DNA of 63,344 bases, filler included, from Choristocarpus tenellus KU-1152 (Eukaryota > Protista > Phaeophyceae): NCBI GenBank assembly GCA_964200185.2. It is 10 parts of 10 records of this genome, joined end to end, with 100 filler letters (N's around TTAATTAATTAA, not from the genome) between each part and the next. Parts side by side here need not be neighbours in the genome. Positions count along the whole stretch, not along the records: positions 12,007 to 15,014 come from CAXNAD020022971.1; positions 15,115 to 20,864 come from CAXNAD020009848.1; positions 20,965 to 40,288 come from CAXNAD020000472.1; 7 more parts are not named here. The stretch is one strand, 5' to 3'. The number at the start of each line of letters is the position of its first letter. The first letter of the stretch is position 1. The notes below the pieces were generated by a model. The model ran no database searches, was not told the origin of the DNA, and was given only the letters and a program-made list of their open reading frames with translations. Of this stretch, positions 12,584 to 29,903 are shown one piece after another. The translations under genes were made by a program, and so were the position numbers.

Positions 12584-14196
12584 AGATGGAGGCCTGCCAG
12601 GAGATAACCACTGTTGGCTCCAAGTGCAGTAGATGGATGTGGGGTGTGATGGCTGCAAGGATTGTGATGGGGATATTGTCAAGGAGGACAATGCAACATG
12701 TGCTGAAGAGTTGTTTAAACCACTTGAAATCATCATTGAGGACTGGTCCATCTACTAGGACCATTTGGTTTGGAGTAAGGGACAATTGAATATGGTTGCA
12801 GCTGAAGAATTAGAGAAGAATTAAGTTCATGTGCATTCAACAATGTTCACTTACGGCCCTCTTGCAAACATCATCACTAGTGTGGTTTGTGTATGGAATG
12901 ATTGGCAAATTTCATACTACTTGCGTATAGCAGTAATTGAGGTTGATGCAGATGCGGCTTCAGTAGACTTATAACCATCCCATTGTAAATTCAGTATGTT
13001 CTTGATCAGTAGAACTCTACAGTACAGAAGCACAACAGTGTTACAAGATGATACAATATCTCGTCAGTCTTGAGTAATTCTTGTTGCAATATTTTGGCCA
13101 ATTTTCGTTTTTATTTTTCCTCATATTCCGTTGGTGGTGGATACAGCAAATGTTCAATATGGGTGTCGTTAGGGAATGCCTGTAACTACTGCTTGTCAAC
13201 CTTCCTGGGGTAGAGAAAATATGGGGAAAAAAGGGCCAGGGTAAGCATCCCATTTAGGAGTGCAGTGGGCTATGTGTATGCATTAAGGCAGCATGGTGCT
13301 CGCTGTCCTCACACTATGAATAAAGAAAGGTGTCTAGAGATGTGCTATAAAGGTGTGCCTTTTTAGTATACATCCCTCTGCACTATCATTTTATTAGTAG
13401 TCCTTGCTCTTTCAATATTCTAGGACAAGTCACAAGATCATGGTGTGGAATGGTTAATCTGCACTTCATATGACGGATTGCTTTCAAGACTAATATGGTA
13501 TTGGTTGGAAGGGTTTAATATGAACAGTGAACTTCCAGGTGCACCTTGAAGCAAGATTTGTCTGCATTTGAAAACCCCAGGTTCTGCAACTGGAACTTCA
13601 AGATGATTCACCTTGACGACTTAGTGTCGGCAGGACTGTTACTTATTGCCTTAATCACGATAAAGAAAGTACAGGTGTAGGGTGTTCATGGATGACTGAG
13701 ATAGATTATGTGTTGTATTAGTTGTAGCGCAGTTACATTTTTTTATTTGTCAATTATTATTTTGTTTCGTACTTTTTTTATGTCTAAAAATTGACAACAT
13801 AACATCTTATCAAGAGTGTTTCATACACATCTAAGAGGAAAGCTTAGTAAATTGAACCTCTTGCAATCAGGAATAGAAAAAATACACAGTGTATGCTGAG
13901 TTTTTGTTGTTGGTTACTTTATATCACCATATATGGAAACTATGATCCTCCAACTTCTATGGCATGTGGTTAACCTTAGAGGTATTGGTGATATGTGATA
14001 GAAATGTTGGTAATAATACTAATGTAACACATGGGGTAGTGGGCATAGCATTAAGAATTTAATTTACGTGAAGAGCAAGGTCTGTGTCACATCTAACCAA
14101 TAGGATGTGCTTCTTTTGTAACCCGTTCTACCTCCTCAACCTTGATGTCACTCCAATGTTTTGTGCAAACAATGTCTCCTTCCCCGGTCCTCTGAG

Positions 14197-15014
14197 GTGA
14201 TAATGGGCAAAAATAAAGATGGAGACAGTTTGCTGATGCAAGTGATGAAGTCCTGGACTAGCGGTCTGTGGAGAAGGATGGAAATGGTCAAGGCTTTGCT
14301 GGATCAACCAACGGTGGGAAATGTAAGCTTGTGAAAAAGCATACACATTTGTTTTCCATACCAATATGGAAAAGGCTTTGTATTATATTAGGGTAGGTGG
14401 AGGACTGCAGACTTTGTGAATATGGAACAGTGATGCATACCGTTTATCTTGTTTGGTGCACACCCTGTCCTCATTTTCATCTTTCTCTCCACTTTTGCCA
14501 GGGCAACTGTGCATCAACTAACAATGTGATCCACGTCCGGGCTGCATCTTGTCACCTGGATTTGAAGGACAGGAACGGGACATCTGCCCTAGATTATGCT
14601 GTAGAGAGCAATGACCTGCCATTGTTTTGTTTGCTTGTTAAGTATGGAGCTATGCCCAGCCAAGAAGACTTGGCGTCCTTGATGGATAAGCACAAAGATG
14701 GCATGGAGCTGGAGGAACAGTTCCTAGATGCTGTACACCGCTGATCCCTGGCATGAATCTGTCTGTGTCACTTAAGAGTGGTTCCAAGGGAAGCTTCGGC
14801 AAAAAGCGTAGAATGCTAGAACTTCAAAAGGAGGTTGATGACGCCCTGCTTGACGTGGTGGGTCGTTTACCTGGTAGTTGTGAACTATCTGATGTGGGCA
14901 AGATGCTCGAGCCTGAAGCAACAGGTCTCCGCATGAAGGGTGTGTTTCAGGGGCCTCTGAACAGAGCAATCAACTCCCGTCACCATGGATTGTGTAGTGT
15001 GCCCATTGTTGTGG
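14197..15014 (+). pseudogene. Ankyrin-repeat gene fragment, possibly a TRP-like channel N-terminus, with a frameshift; cut by the contig end
   Basis: Exon about 14197-14322 (NKDGDSLLMQ...VKALL) and exon from 14502 (KDRNGTSALDYAVESNDLPLFCLLVKYGA) are ankyrin-like and both phase 0. TGA at 14742-14744 while protein-like text continues in another frame (IPGMNLSVSL...LEPEA...GPLNRAINSRHHGLCSVPIVV). Confidence 0.65.
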
Positions 15015-15114
15015 NNNNNNNNNNNNNNNNNNNNNNNNNNNNNNNNNNNNNNNNNNNNTTAATTAATTAANNNNNNNNNNNNNNNNNNNNNNNNNNNNNN
15101 NNNNNNNNNNNNNN

Positions 15115-15556
15115 CCCCAACGCCTGCACAATCCACTCCGTAGCCGTTGCCACCACCACAACCGCCACCGTAGCCACTCTCACAGCTACCATAGCTGCCA
15201 GTTGACCTCACTCCCCCATCTTCTAATCCCGTTCCTCCTCCTCTTCCCCCCCCCCCACACTTAATCCCCTCACGGACACATTGCCCGGCATGCCCCTCAA
15301 AGCCCACCAAACACTCCGGGGAATGTGATAGTTGAGACGTGGTCAAAAGCCCCAGAGACACCATGTCCTCCCGGGAAGGGCGACACTCTAGACTTCGCCT
15401 GAGCATATCTCGCCGCATCTCACGCTCCAGTTGTATCCATACAGGCTGCAGGGCCGCAGCAATCTCCGGCCCTTCTGACCATTTCAAAATGTTTTGTTCA
15501 AGGGATACCAACCGAGATCGGGCATAGCGTTAAGTCAAGGTGCATTGACACGCCCA

Positions 15557-15590
<34 letters not shown>

Positions 15591-15687
15591 TATAACAGGG
15601 TGGAACAAAAGTCACGATTTGTGTAACACATTTACAAAACAAAAGAGAGCAAAAACAATTCCCGCTGTGCCGAGAAGCCACTGCCTG

Positions 15688-15734
<47 letters not shown>

Positions 15735-17313
15735 CCGTAACGATTTCAACATCTTTTTTTTTTAATAATTGAAAAAAAACCTGAGGTATCACGATCAACA
15801 GCGAATGTAGTGTCACACCCCCTACAAACCACGTCCTACATAGTAACCTTTCTTGTCATATGCCTCCCCATCATCACCTCAAATCAAACAGCCCTTACAC
15901 CTCCAAACCAGGGTCAGTATCTTCACGAGCCCTACGTAGGGAAAATATGCACAACACTCATTGCCTATGTTCAAACAGCCAGATCAAATAGGGTTTCGAT
16001 TTAGACAGGCGGTACAGCATGACCCACACAAGAAACTCTCCACAGTATATCGAGAAATTGCTCACTAAGTTGGTGGTAGATGTCATACCAATATACAGAT
16101 ATAGAGTCAAAGTATCTTAGAGGGTAGGGCCGCGTCCATCTGGGGGCCAAAATCAAGTGTTTTGATTTTAATGTAATTTTAGCTGTATCGTGTTTGATAG
16201 GAAGTGCCAATATCATTCCTTGTTCCAGACGCACATTTTCATAACGTATACATTTTACCTACTCTGAAACCTTTTGGAGTAGGAAAAATGTCTTCAAAAA
16301 AAAAAAACATGGGGAGTCAAGCCCCAAATGGACAAACAGGGCAAAACTCGTCATACCCTCCTAAGATCTATTCACTCAACACCAATATACTGATACACCA
16401 ACAGTCCATTTCTTGTTGGACAGAAATCCAAAATATTTAGTCTCATCAACGCGGCACTCGCACCCCAAAAAAGATCCCATAATGGCTGAACATCCACTTC
16501 AATCAAGCCTCTCTTCGATCATTAATCATGCCCATAGACAAAACACGAATCCAATATTCAATAAAGAAAAAACAACAAATTAGAAATCAGTGCGATCTCC
16601 CTTCTCCTCAGAAATCATCCAATCACTTTTCGCTTCACGATTTACATACAAAAAAAAAAAGTAACGATGCTTGCAGGGCTAACACTACAACCATCTATGG
16701 ACACACATTTATCGTTAACACCTGCCAAGGCGATGGAAACCCCACCATTTCAAAGGAGTTGCCATGCACACTGGAAGTGTGTACACTGTCTGATCATCTG
16801 ATCATCGACTGGGCAATCTGTACGTATCACATCTACAGGTATGGCCCATGTATGACCAAACCCGCTTTCACGTATGCATCACAACATACAAAAAAATAAC
16901 AATAATAATACTGCCAATACTACCACTACCACTACTAATACTAATACTAATACTAATACTACCACCACTGCCACTGCTACTAATAATAATACTACTACTA
17001 CTATTACTATTAGTACCACTACTACTACTACTACCACTACTACTACTACTACTAATAATAATAATAATAATAATAATACTAATACTAATACTACTACCAC
17101 TATTTCTACTACTACTACTACTATTAATACTACCACCACTACTACTATTACTACGACTACAACTATTAATGCTAATACTGATACTACCACCACTACCACC
17201 GCTACTACTACTACTACTAATAATAATAATAATAATAATAATAGCACTACTACTACTACTACTACTGCTACTAATGCTAATACTGATACTATCACCACTA
17301 CCACCACCACCAC

Positions 17314-17360
<47 letters not shown>

Positions 17361-18517
17361 GTACCCCACTACTACTAATAAAAATAGGAACCGTTAAGCG
17401 ACAACAACAAAAACAAAAACAAAAACAAAAACAAAAAATGAAACTCCTAATCAGAACAGGGACAGGGATAGCCCTCATGTTCAGAACAATTGTTGGTCAA
17501 GAACAAATCACCAGTACACATCAAATATCGAAAGCACATGGGCACACGCTCCTCTTCCGTGTCCACCCAAAAGTGCCCATCCAAAGGACATCAGAACACC
17601 TCAATCTTGCTGGTAATTTTTTCTCGAGATACACCAGGAATACTAATGCCATCGGAGAGGGGATTGGGCACTCAATTGCATCTCCCCCACTCAAGAGGAC
17701 CCACGCGCTCCAGATTGCAGATGACCTCGCTGATTCTTTTTTGTAACAAACCTACACCAAAGCGGCACCGGGCCAAACTCTTCACGCGACCACCTTCAAT
17801 GAGAGCAGTACACTACTGATCGCAAGAGGCGTGTGCAAAATATGTCCAGCGTATGTTGATGAGGTGGTGAGGGCCAGATCGGGCTACTACCACACATACA
17901 TACACGTAACACATACTGCCGGAAGAAGGGAGACTTTCTTTTTTTATATAATCAATAAAGAATATAAGAACAGATGTTATCGTCGCTCGACGCTGTCGCG
18001 TTGTCAAATCAATATACCCAAAAAAAAAATTAACTTAAAAATTAAAATTAAATTAAATCCAGTGCATACAGGCTCGAAAAGATTTTGGACTGGTCCAATC
18101 AGAAAAAAAAAAAAAATGATTGGCAGATTAATTGCAAACATTTTCAATTCGTCCTTTAGGGTTAAGGGTGCTCTGAGTTCATTAGGGGTAGGGTACCGTA
18201 GGTCGGTTAGGGTTGAGGTACTGTAAATCAATTAGGGGTAGGGTACTACAAGTCCATTAGGGTTAGGGTGTCGTAAGTACAAAAAGGGTTAGGATACTAT
18301 ATGTCAATTAGTAGGGTTAGGGTCGCTAGGGATAGGGTACACATAAGTCGGTTAGGGTTAGGGTACTGTAAGTCCATTAGGGTGAGGGTGCCTTAAACCC
18401 ATTAGTAAGGTTAGGGTACCATAAGTCCATCGGGGTTAAGGCTACACATGACAGACAGGCCTCATTGAGAGGTGATCTCAGTCAAGAATCATTTCTGCAT
18501 CCACACAGGTTGTCCTT

Positions 18518-18555
<38 letters not shown>

Positions 18556-19871
18556 TCGTCATCATCATCATTATCAGAGACGTTTTGAAATGTTCTTAAT
18601 ATTACATCCCAACACGCTCTCGTCATTGAGAGCGAAAAATAATTTTAAATTCATCACAATTGTCACGCAACCAAGACATACACAGCAAACAAATCAAAGA
18701 TTCCACATCACTTTTTTCATCCCAACGCGACTCCTCGTCTCTGAGACCCCATTCTTGCTTGTCATTTTCACTTGTGCAATTTTCACTGTCTCTCACGGTG
18801 ATATTTCCTCACCCCTCAGCACTGCCTCTCACCACATAGAACTTCCACTAGGGTTAGGGCACTGTAAGTTCAAAGGATTAGAGCACTAGAAAGGTTCATT
18901 AGGGTTAGGGTATTAAAAGTCCCACTACGGTCAGGGCACTAAAAAGGTCCATTAGGGTTAGGATATTAATTAAAACCTCTATTTCCCTCAAATGTATCCT
19001 CATTGCAAGCTCAGCCAAACATAACACCCTCACACATACCTCCACAAAAATCTGAGAGCTCCAGGAAGTCCTTAAGCTGACCAAGAGTCAAAGTATGAAA
19101 AACGGTGGAGCCACGTCCATTTGGAGGCCAAAATCCAACGTTGCAATTTCGATGTAATTTTGGCTATATATCGTGTGTGCTAAGAAGTGTCTATATCCCT
19201 GTTCCGGACACACCTCTTCATAATGTACACACTTTATCTACTCCAAAATCAGGTAGAATATCATTAAAAAATAAAAGATGTAGGAAGTCAAGTTCCAAAC
19301 GGACAAGCAGGGCAAAACTCGTACCCTAACCCTAACATACTTTCACTCCAATCATCTCACATCAAAAAAATATTTCCAATCATTACCATTGGAGTTAGTT
19401 ACAGCAAATACCATTCGTAACAAGTGCAATCAACATCAATCAATAACGCCAACATCTCTCCAATAAAAACCAGAACTGGGTACACAACGCCTGCTACCGA
19501 AATGACCATTTTCTTCCCACAAACCAATCGCAGCCCTCTCCATTACCCCTTAGAGAGAAAGACCACAGTGTCATGGATACCCTCAAAAAATCTTTATTGC
19601 CGCACTACAAACATACCACCTCTTGATATAAACTGCTTGAAAAAAAACAAAATTAACCCTAACCCCTCCATCAAAAAAAAATATATATATATATATATAT
19701 CCGAGTTGCTCATATTGCCCATGACAAAATGTAATGATTTCTGTCTTCTTTATGCTGGTACTAGCAATAGACCCCCTCCCCTAACTCCTCCTCGCTCCAT
19801 CAATGTCTCTTGTTTGCAGGTAACGACTATTGCTCCAACTGCTGCCTTGTCACTATACTTCCTTGGTGCTC

Positions 19872-19913
<42 letters not shown>

Positions 19914-20248
19914 TTATTTTTTCGAAAAAAATATCGCCACAGTAGCAGAATAACCAAAAGAAAAAAAAAGACCACAACACGTGCTTGCGAAAATACATCA
20001 CTTGCCTGTACACACACACATGTTCTACACTCTCTACTCCACCTTCCCCTACCCCCACGCAGTACGCACGTACACCGAATTGGTTTTCCTATAACCTGCT
20101 ACGCGAACGCACACTACATTCGCTCAATACCTCAAACGCCCGCGCCGCACTGACCTCCTGCGGACACGCACTACGAGCGTCCATTACAACAACAAAAAAA
20201 GTGCAAAATACAGGTTCTCCAGAAATTTTGCAGGCATTTTTTTAGGAA

Positions 20249-20296
<48 letters not shown>

Positions 20297-20633
20297 CACA
20301 CACGCACGCACGCAAGAAGCGAGAATCCGTACCCTACTAACTACTACCATATGCAGATCTTCTCCCCACGCCCCTATCCCCCCACCACATCCAACAGAAT
20401 GTACTACACACGCAACAACTAGGGCGACCCAATCCCCTCTACCTCGCGACCCGTCCCACCTGAATCCCCTTCTTTTGTGTCTTTGACAGAGATCACCGGC
20501 GCAGCGTATACGCCCTGGTCGGCGAGACTCCTCAGCTCAGGCCTTGTGTGCAAGTGATGCTTGAGGAAATCCTTGCTCATCTGACGCTCCAGGCTCCGGG
20601 CGGTGCTCTGAATCCTCCCCGCCACATGCAAAT
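15115..20633 (-). CDS. RPEL-repeat (G-actin-binding) protein gene fragment
   Basis: Two exons with RPEL-like repeats: LERQMSKDFLKHHLHTRPELRSLADQGVY (about 20633-20460) and LEREMRRDMLRRSLECRPSREDMVSLGLL (about 15520-15115). Intervening exons are unresolved. Confidence 0.75.
16104..16377. mobile_element. MITE family A copy 4 (intronic)
   Basis: GAGTCAAAGTATCTTAGAGGGTA...TACCCTCCTAAGATCTATTCACTC; no clear TSD. Confidence 0.88.
16895..17379. repeat. Compound trinucleotide microsatellite (ACT/AAT/ACC), about 480 bp
   Basis: Direct inspection. It creates spurious poly-T/N and poly-L/V ORFs. Confidence 0.95.
18156..18440. repeat. Minisatellite built on TTAGGG doublets, about 26-bp unit; related units at about 18845-18963
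   Basis: Recurrent GTCCATTAGGGTTAGGGTACTGTAA-like units. Confidence 0.8.
19085..19348. mobile_element. MITE family A copy 5
   Basis: GAGTCAAAGTAT...CATACTTTCACTC; 3-bp TSD CAA. The right TIR is altered to TACCCTAACCCTAACATAC. Confidence 0.88.
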
Positions 20634-20964
20634 CTACTTTTTTTTGTTTTTTGTAAGATAATAATAATTATTAGAATATTAGTGAAGTGAGTAAGTACGT
20701 TTCAAATTCAAACCATAATTGTTAAAAAAATAAAAAAATAAAAATAAAACATACACATACACATACACATTCAAATATCAGCTAACTTTTGAAAATCTAT
20801 AATTTTAGACGTGATGATATCGCTAAGATCTGTTAGTCCTTAGAATTAGCAGCTTTACGAATATNNNNNNNNNNNNNNNNNNNNNNNNNNNNNNNNNNNN
20901 NNNNNNNNTTAATTAATTAANNNNNNNNNNNNNNNNNNNNNNNNNNNNNNNNNNNNNNNNNNNN

Positions 20965-21132
20965 AGTAGTACAATATTTGATAGTGGTGAAGTAACTGAT
21001 TAGTGGTTTCCACGCATTGTCTTATAGTATTCTTATGTTGAGGACATTTTATATACACATATGTATATAGTTTTCATTGGTTTTCCCCTGACACATCACA
21101 TCTGCAAAATGTCAGAGGGCATAATAATAAAA
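20965..21132 (+). mobile_element. 3' end of the CRE-like non-LTR element
   Basis: TTTTCCCCTGACACATC...TGCAAAATGTCAGAGGGCATAATAATAAA, shared with the 3' ends near 41108, 44448, 61418 and 62231. Confidence 0.7.
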
Positions 21133-21359
21133 TATGGAAGGTTATTATATCAACACACAACTACAATGCCACGTATGTGTGTATGTATGACGCGTTTCCC
21201 AACACAGAAGATGGGACAAAGACTTCAAACTTAGTTTTTCCAATCTTTAAGTACAGGACATAAGATGTGGTGTATCAACCACTTCACCTTCACCATCTTC
21301 CCATTGATTTCTCAATAAATATTACCAAATAGGGTCCTCGGGTTGTACCTCCCACTAAC

Positions 21360-23237
21360 ATGGGCGAAGAGGTGGATCGAACAGGCACGCTGGTCCCAGA
21401 TGGGAGACAAGATGTTCCTATCCCCAAAGTTGGGGTTCTTGCGATACAGGTTCGAGACCGATGTGTATGCCACTATGGTGCAATCACCATCTCCCCCTAT
21501 GGACAGACCAGTGATTAATTCTTTCAACGTCTTCCTGTCGCATGTTGTCTCTCTTTTGGTCAGGGTGCCTTTGTTGAGCACTCGGTGCAGCTTCGTCACC
21601 TTGGCGCAGACGTCATCGAGGTACGACTACCAGAGCACTTCAATGATTTGGATGGGATAATTATTCCAGGTTGGTTCGACAGAAGATTTTGATGCTGGCT
21701 GAATCTCTGTGTGCGATTGTTGTGGTGACCAGGGCTTAGTCTTGAACAATGATCAAGGGAATCCCTCTGAGTATACCGGTGGAATGGAATGTCTTGTCTA
21801 GGGAGATAAGCTGAAAATATGAGCCAGTCATCTCCCATTTTGGTCGAAAGGTTGTTGCGTTCAATGAGAGGTTCACTATTACACCCCATTCACTCTATTT
21901 ATAGGTGGGGAAAGCACCGCTATGGCTTTGATCGGGGAAAGGTGGGGGGTATTCCCTCGCCTCAAGAGCTGGGTAAATGATGGCCGGCCGACATGGGGAA
22001 CCTGTGCAGGCATGATCCTCCTCTCAGACCATGCCCTCATGACTAAGCAAGGGGGGCAGTCACTTGTAGGTGGTTTAGATGTGGAGGTGAGCACTATTAT
22101 ATATTGCACAACCCAGACGTTGTGGTAAGGTCATTGTGTCTTTAGCTTATGTAGGAATTTTTTCTCCTTCATATCTGTACACGGCAGGGCGCAATCCACC
22201 CTCACATAGGAAGCCTGCTACCCACTGCCTTTGTTGCTACAGGTATGCAGGAATTACTTTGGGGCGCAGAGCTCAAGCTTCGAGATACCACTTGACACAG
22301 CATTGTTGAACCTTGGTGCAGGATCTCAAAGTGTAACTGCGAAGGAATATAAACCCTACCCAGCTGTCTTCATTCGGGCCCCAGCCATACTAGAGGTGAT
22401 TTACAAAGCTGTGAGCCACAAAAAACGCCCACATGTGAAAAGATATGAAATTGAGGACTCCGTACTTGGTGTATTTTGAAGTTGTAAATCGCAGTCAAAG
22501 ATCCGTGTCTATGAGAAACTCTGTTGGTCATGAAGAACTAGTAGTTACCCTAGAAAACTGACAAGATTACTTCATGAAATGCTGCTCTGAAACTTGTCAT
22601 TCTAGACACATCATAGATCTCCCACAGAGTCCAATGAAAAATTGACAACTAAACCTGGTTGTGTACTTTAGTTACATATCAAACTGCATCGTTAATGGCT
22701 GGTGAGGTACTTTTCTTTTCACCTTCCATTGTTATGGGTATGGAAAACCATGATTTACAATGTGCCAATCAATCCCTGCCCATAATTTCCCCCTACAAGG
22801 CTGGACCAGGAGTGGATGTGTTGTGCAAAGTCCGTGCGAGGCCATGCAACAAAGCCCGCAGTTCAATGCAAGCCATTCTCCAGGAGGGCAAGATTTTAGG
22901 GGAAGCAGATGAGTGTAGCAGCAATGGGGAAGTGCAATCAGAGGAAGAGAGATCTGCTAAGCGCAGAAAACTTTTGGAATTTTTTTCAGAACCTCCAACC
23001 GATGGTTTGGCCCGTGGTGGACAAGCAGGGATGATGGAGAAAGAGAGTGGTGAGCTGCCTGAAGTTATTGTTGCCGTACAAAAAGGCAATATATTGGCCA
23101 CAGCATTCCACCCAGAGCTTACAGATGATGCCCGGTGGCACCAGCACTTCATGACAATGGTACAGGGATATCAGGCAAAGGCAAGGGGAGCTCCAGTAGA
23201 AGCACCAGTCTCTGATGTAAAGATTAGTAGTGCATAG
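21360..23237 (+). CDS. PDX2: Pyridoxal 5'-phosphate synthase glutaminase subunit (PDX2/SNO/PdxT). Exons 21360-21449, 21564-21669, 21905-22086, 22243-22395, 22800-23237
   Basis: Spliced frame gives [33 protein letters not shown] (catalytic Cys), RNYFG, AVFIRAP and ATAFHPELT (His-Glu of the triad). All introns are GT-AG with matching phases. Confidence 0.96.
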
Positions 23238-24689
23238 CAACCTGGAAACTCTCAACACAAGCTGCATTGTATTGTGAGTCCTTACTTAACTGTCCCATAT
23301 GGGGAAAGGGAGTGGTCTTCCAGGTTGCTTTGTTGCGTAGTGTGCCATCCAGATGTTTGGAGAGACTATGCTCTCCTACATTACATCCTGTTGATGTAAG
23401 CTGACCATAATTTTATGGAGAGCGACATTGTTTTGGTATGGTACTATATAGTATGATGTATTGGCTGACTAGGAAGGTATACATACATTCAACTTGTTGC
23501 CCCTGACTTCCAGTATCTGCAAATAGTGTTGTGTCCATTGCTGGTACCAATTTTTTTATATACGCTGGATTATGTGTTGTAGTCCCCTCCTCTGCTGTGC
23601 AAGACAAAAACGTTTGCTGTGAGAGGTAGTGCAGTTCTACACAGTTTCAGAATTAGATGAAAGCAATTTTGACCTAAATGTATAGTTTTTACTCTTAGTG
23701 TTGCACTGGTCCTCTTGTTCATTGTACCTTTTCTTGTAAGGATAGGAGTTGAGACAACCCTATTAGTGGACACATATTATAGAGGTGAAGAGAAACTGGG
23801 TGAGTCTTATGATGACACTAAATTTAATATCTAAAGCATATGCACAGCACCAAGCACAAACCCTTGCAATTTCCCCTTGCAGCACATACTCTCTCTGCAG
23901 CACAAGTACAGACTGAAGAGTAGGGGCAAGGTGGTACCATATAGGTAAAAACCCCACATGCTCTTTATTGTCTATCATCGGACAAGAGGTTCTCACAAAC
24001 TAGACACAATGACAAAGCTGAGAATGATATTTCACAGGTCCCAGATGATAGACCATTGAATACCAACAACACAGATTTATGTTTTCCTAGCATTTTGACA
24101 ACTACCCAGTTTCCCAGGGAAGGCACCACTAGGATGAATCCTTGTATGAAGCAGGATAAACAGTCCAACCACTAGTGACAAGTGACTACAGTAGTCAGTA
24201 TGGAGTGTTACAAAATATGTTATATACAGATTCTCAAATCACTCAATTGCATGTCACACATGTTGGAAGTCAAACCATGAATATAGCTCTTGTAGACTAG
24301 CAGGCCCAACTCCCACATTTTTAGGGTGTATGGTTGGGCCATTTGTCTACATATCATTATTCATGCTGTGACATGGGACTAGTGATACTGTTACATCAAA
24401 ATGCTGAACTGTTCGAGTTAAAATTGCACAGCCCTAGCCATAGCCAGAGCTGTTTCAAGCATTGCACACCCAGTCCAACATGGAGACTACCCAACCCTTG
24501 GCAACTCCTTCTGCTCCAAGTGCCATCATGGAGGGCCTCCTGTAGTAGAACTTTGTCATTGAAGGTAGGGTACATTTGTTTGTACATAACTAGTGATAAA
24601 GTGACCTGAGTGCCTATGATGCTGCTAGTTTCTACTTGAAGTGAGTTCCCACTCACACCTTAACAATTAATCATGTTGTTAGAAGTAGG

Positions 24690-29709
<5,020 letters not shown>

Positions 29710-29903
29710 CACTTGTTGTTTTGACTGGTCCGTGCCTACTAGAAGACCTTGTTGGAGACGTACTTGCCGTTATTTTCTTTGTGATTGTTCAAAATTTGAA
29801 GACCTTACCGTTACGTGTTTGTGGGTGTTTGTCGTGGTTGATTGTGTGAGAGTGAAATGGGAAACTGGAGTCAGCGAGGCCAAGTTTGTTTGGTCCTCTA
29901 AAA
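29710..29903. promoter_or_regulatory. Short divergent (bidirectional) promoter region
   Basis: Only 194 bp between the ADCS ATG (29709, minus) and the next ATG (29904, plus). Confidence 0.7.

Noticed and set aside
14742-14744. Selenocysteine or readthrough TGA in the ankyrin gene
   Set aside because: The same frame stops again a few codons later; the continuation is in another frame.
16848-17746. Long poly-Thr/Asn and poly-Leu/Val ORFs that look mucin-like or membrane-like
   Set aside because: They are translations of an intronic trinucleotide microsatellite. The same applies to ORFs at 7516-7930, 8683-9034 and 61452-61890.
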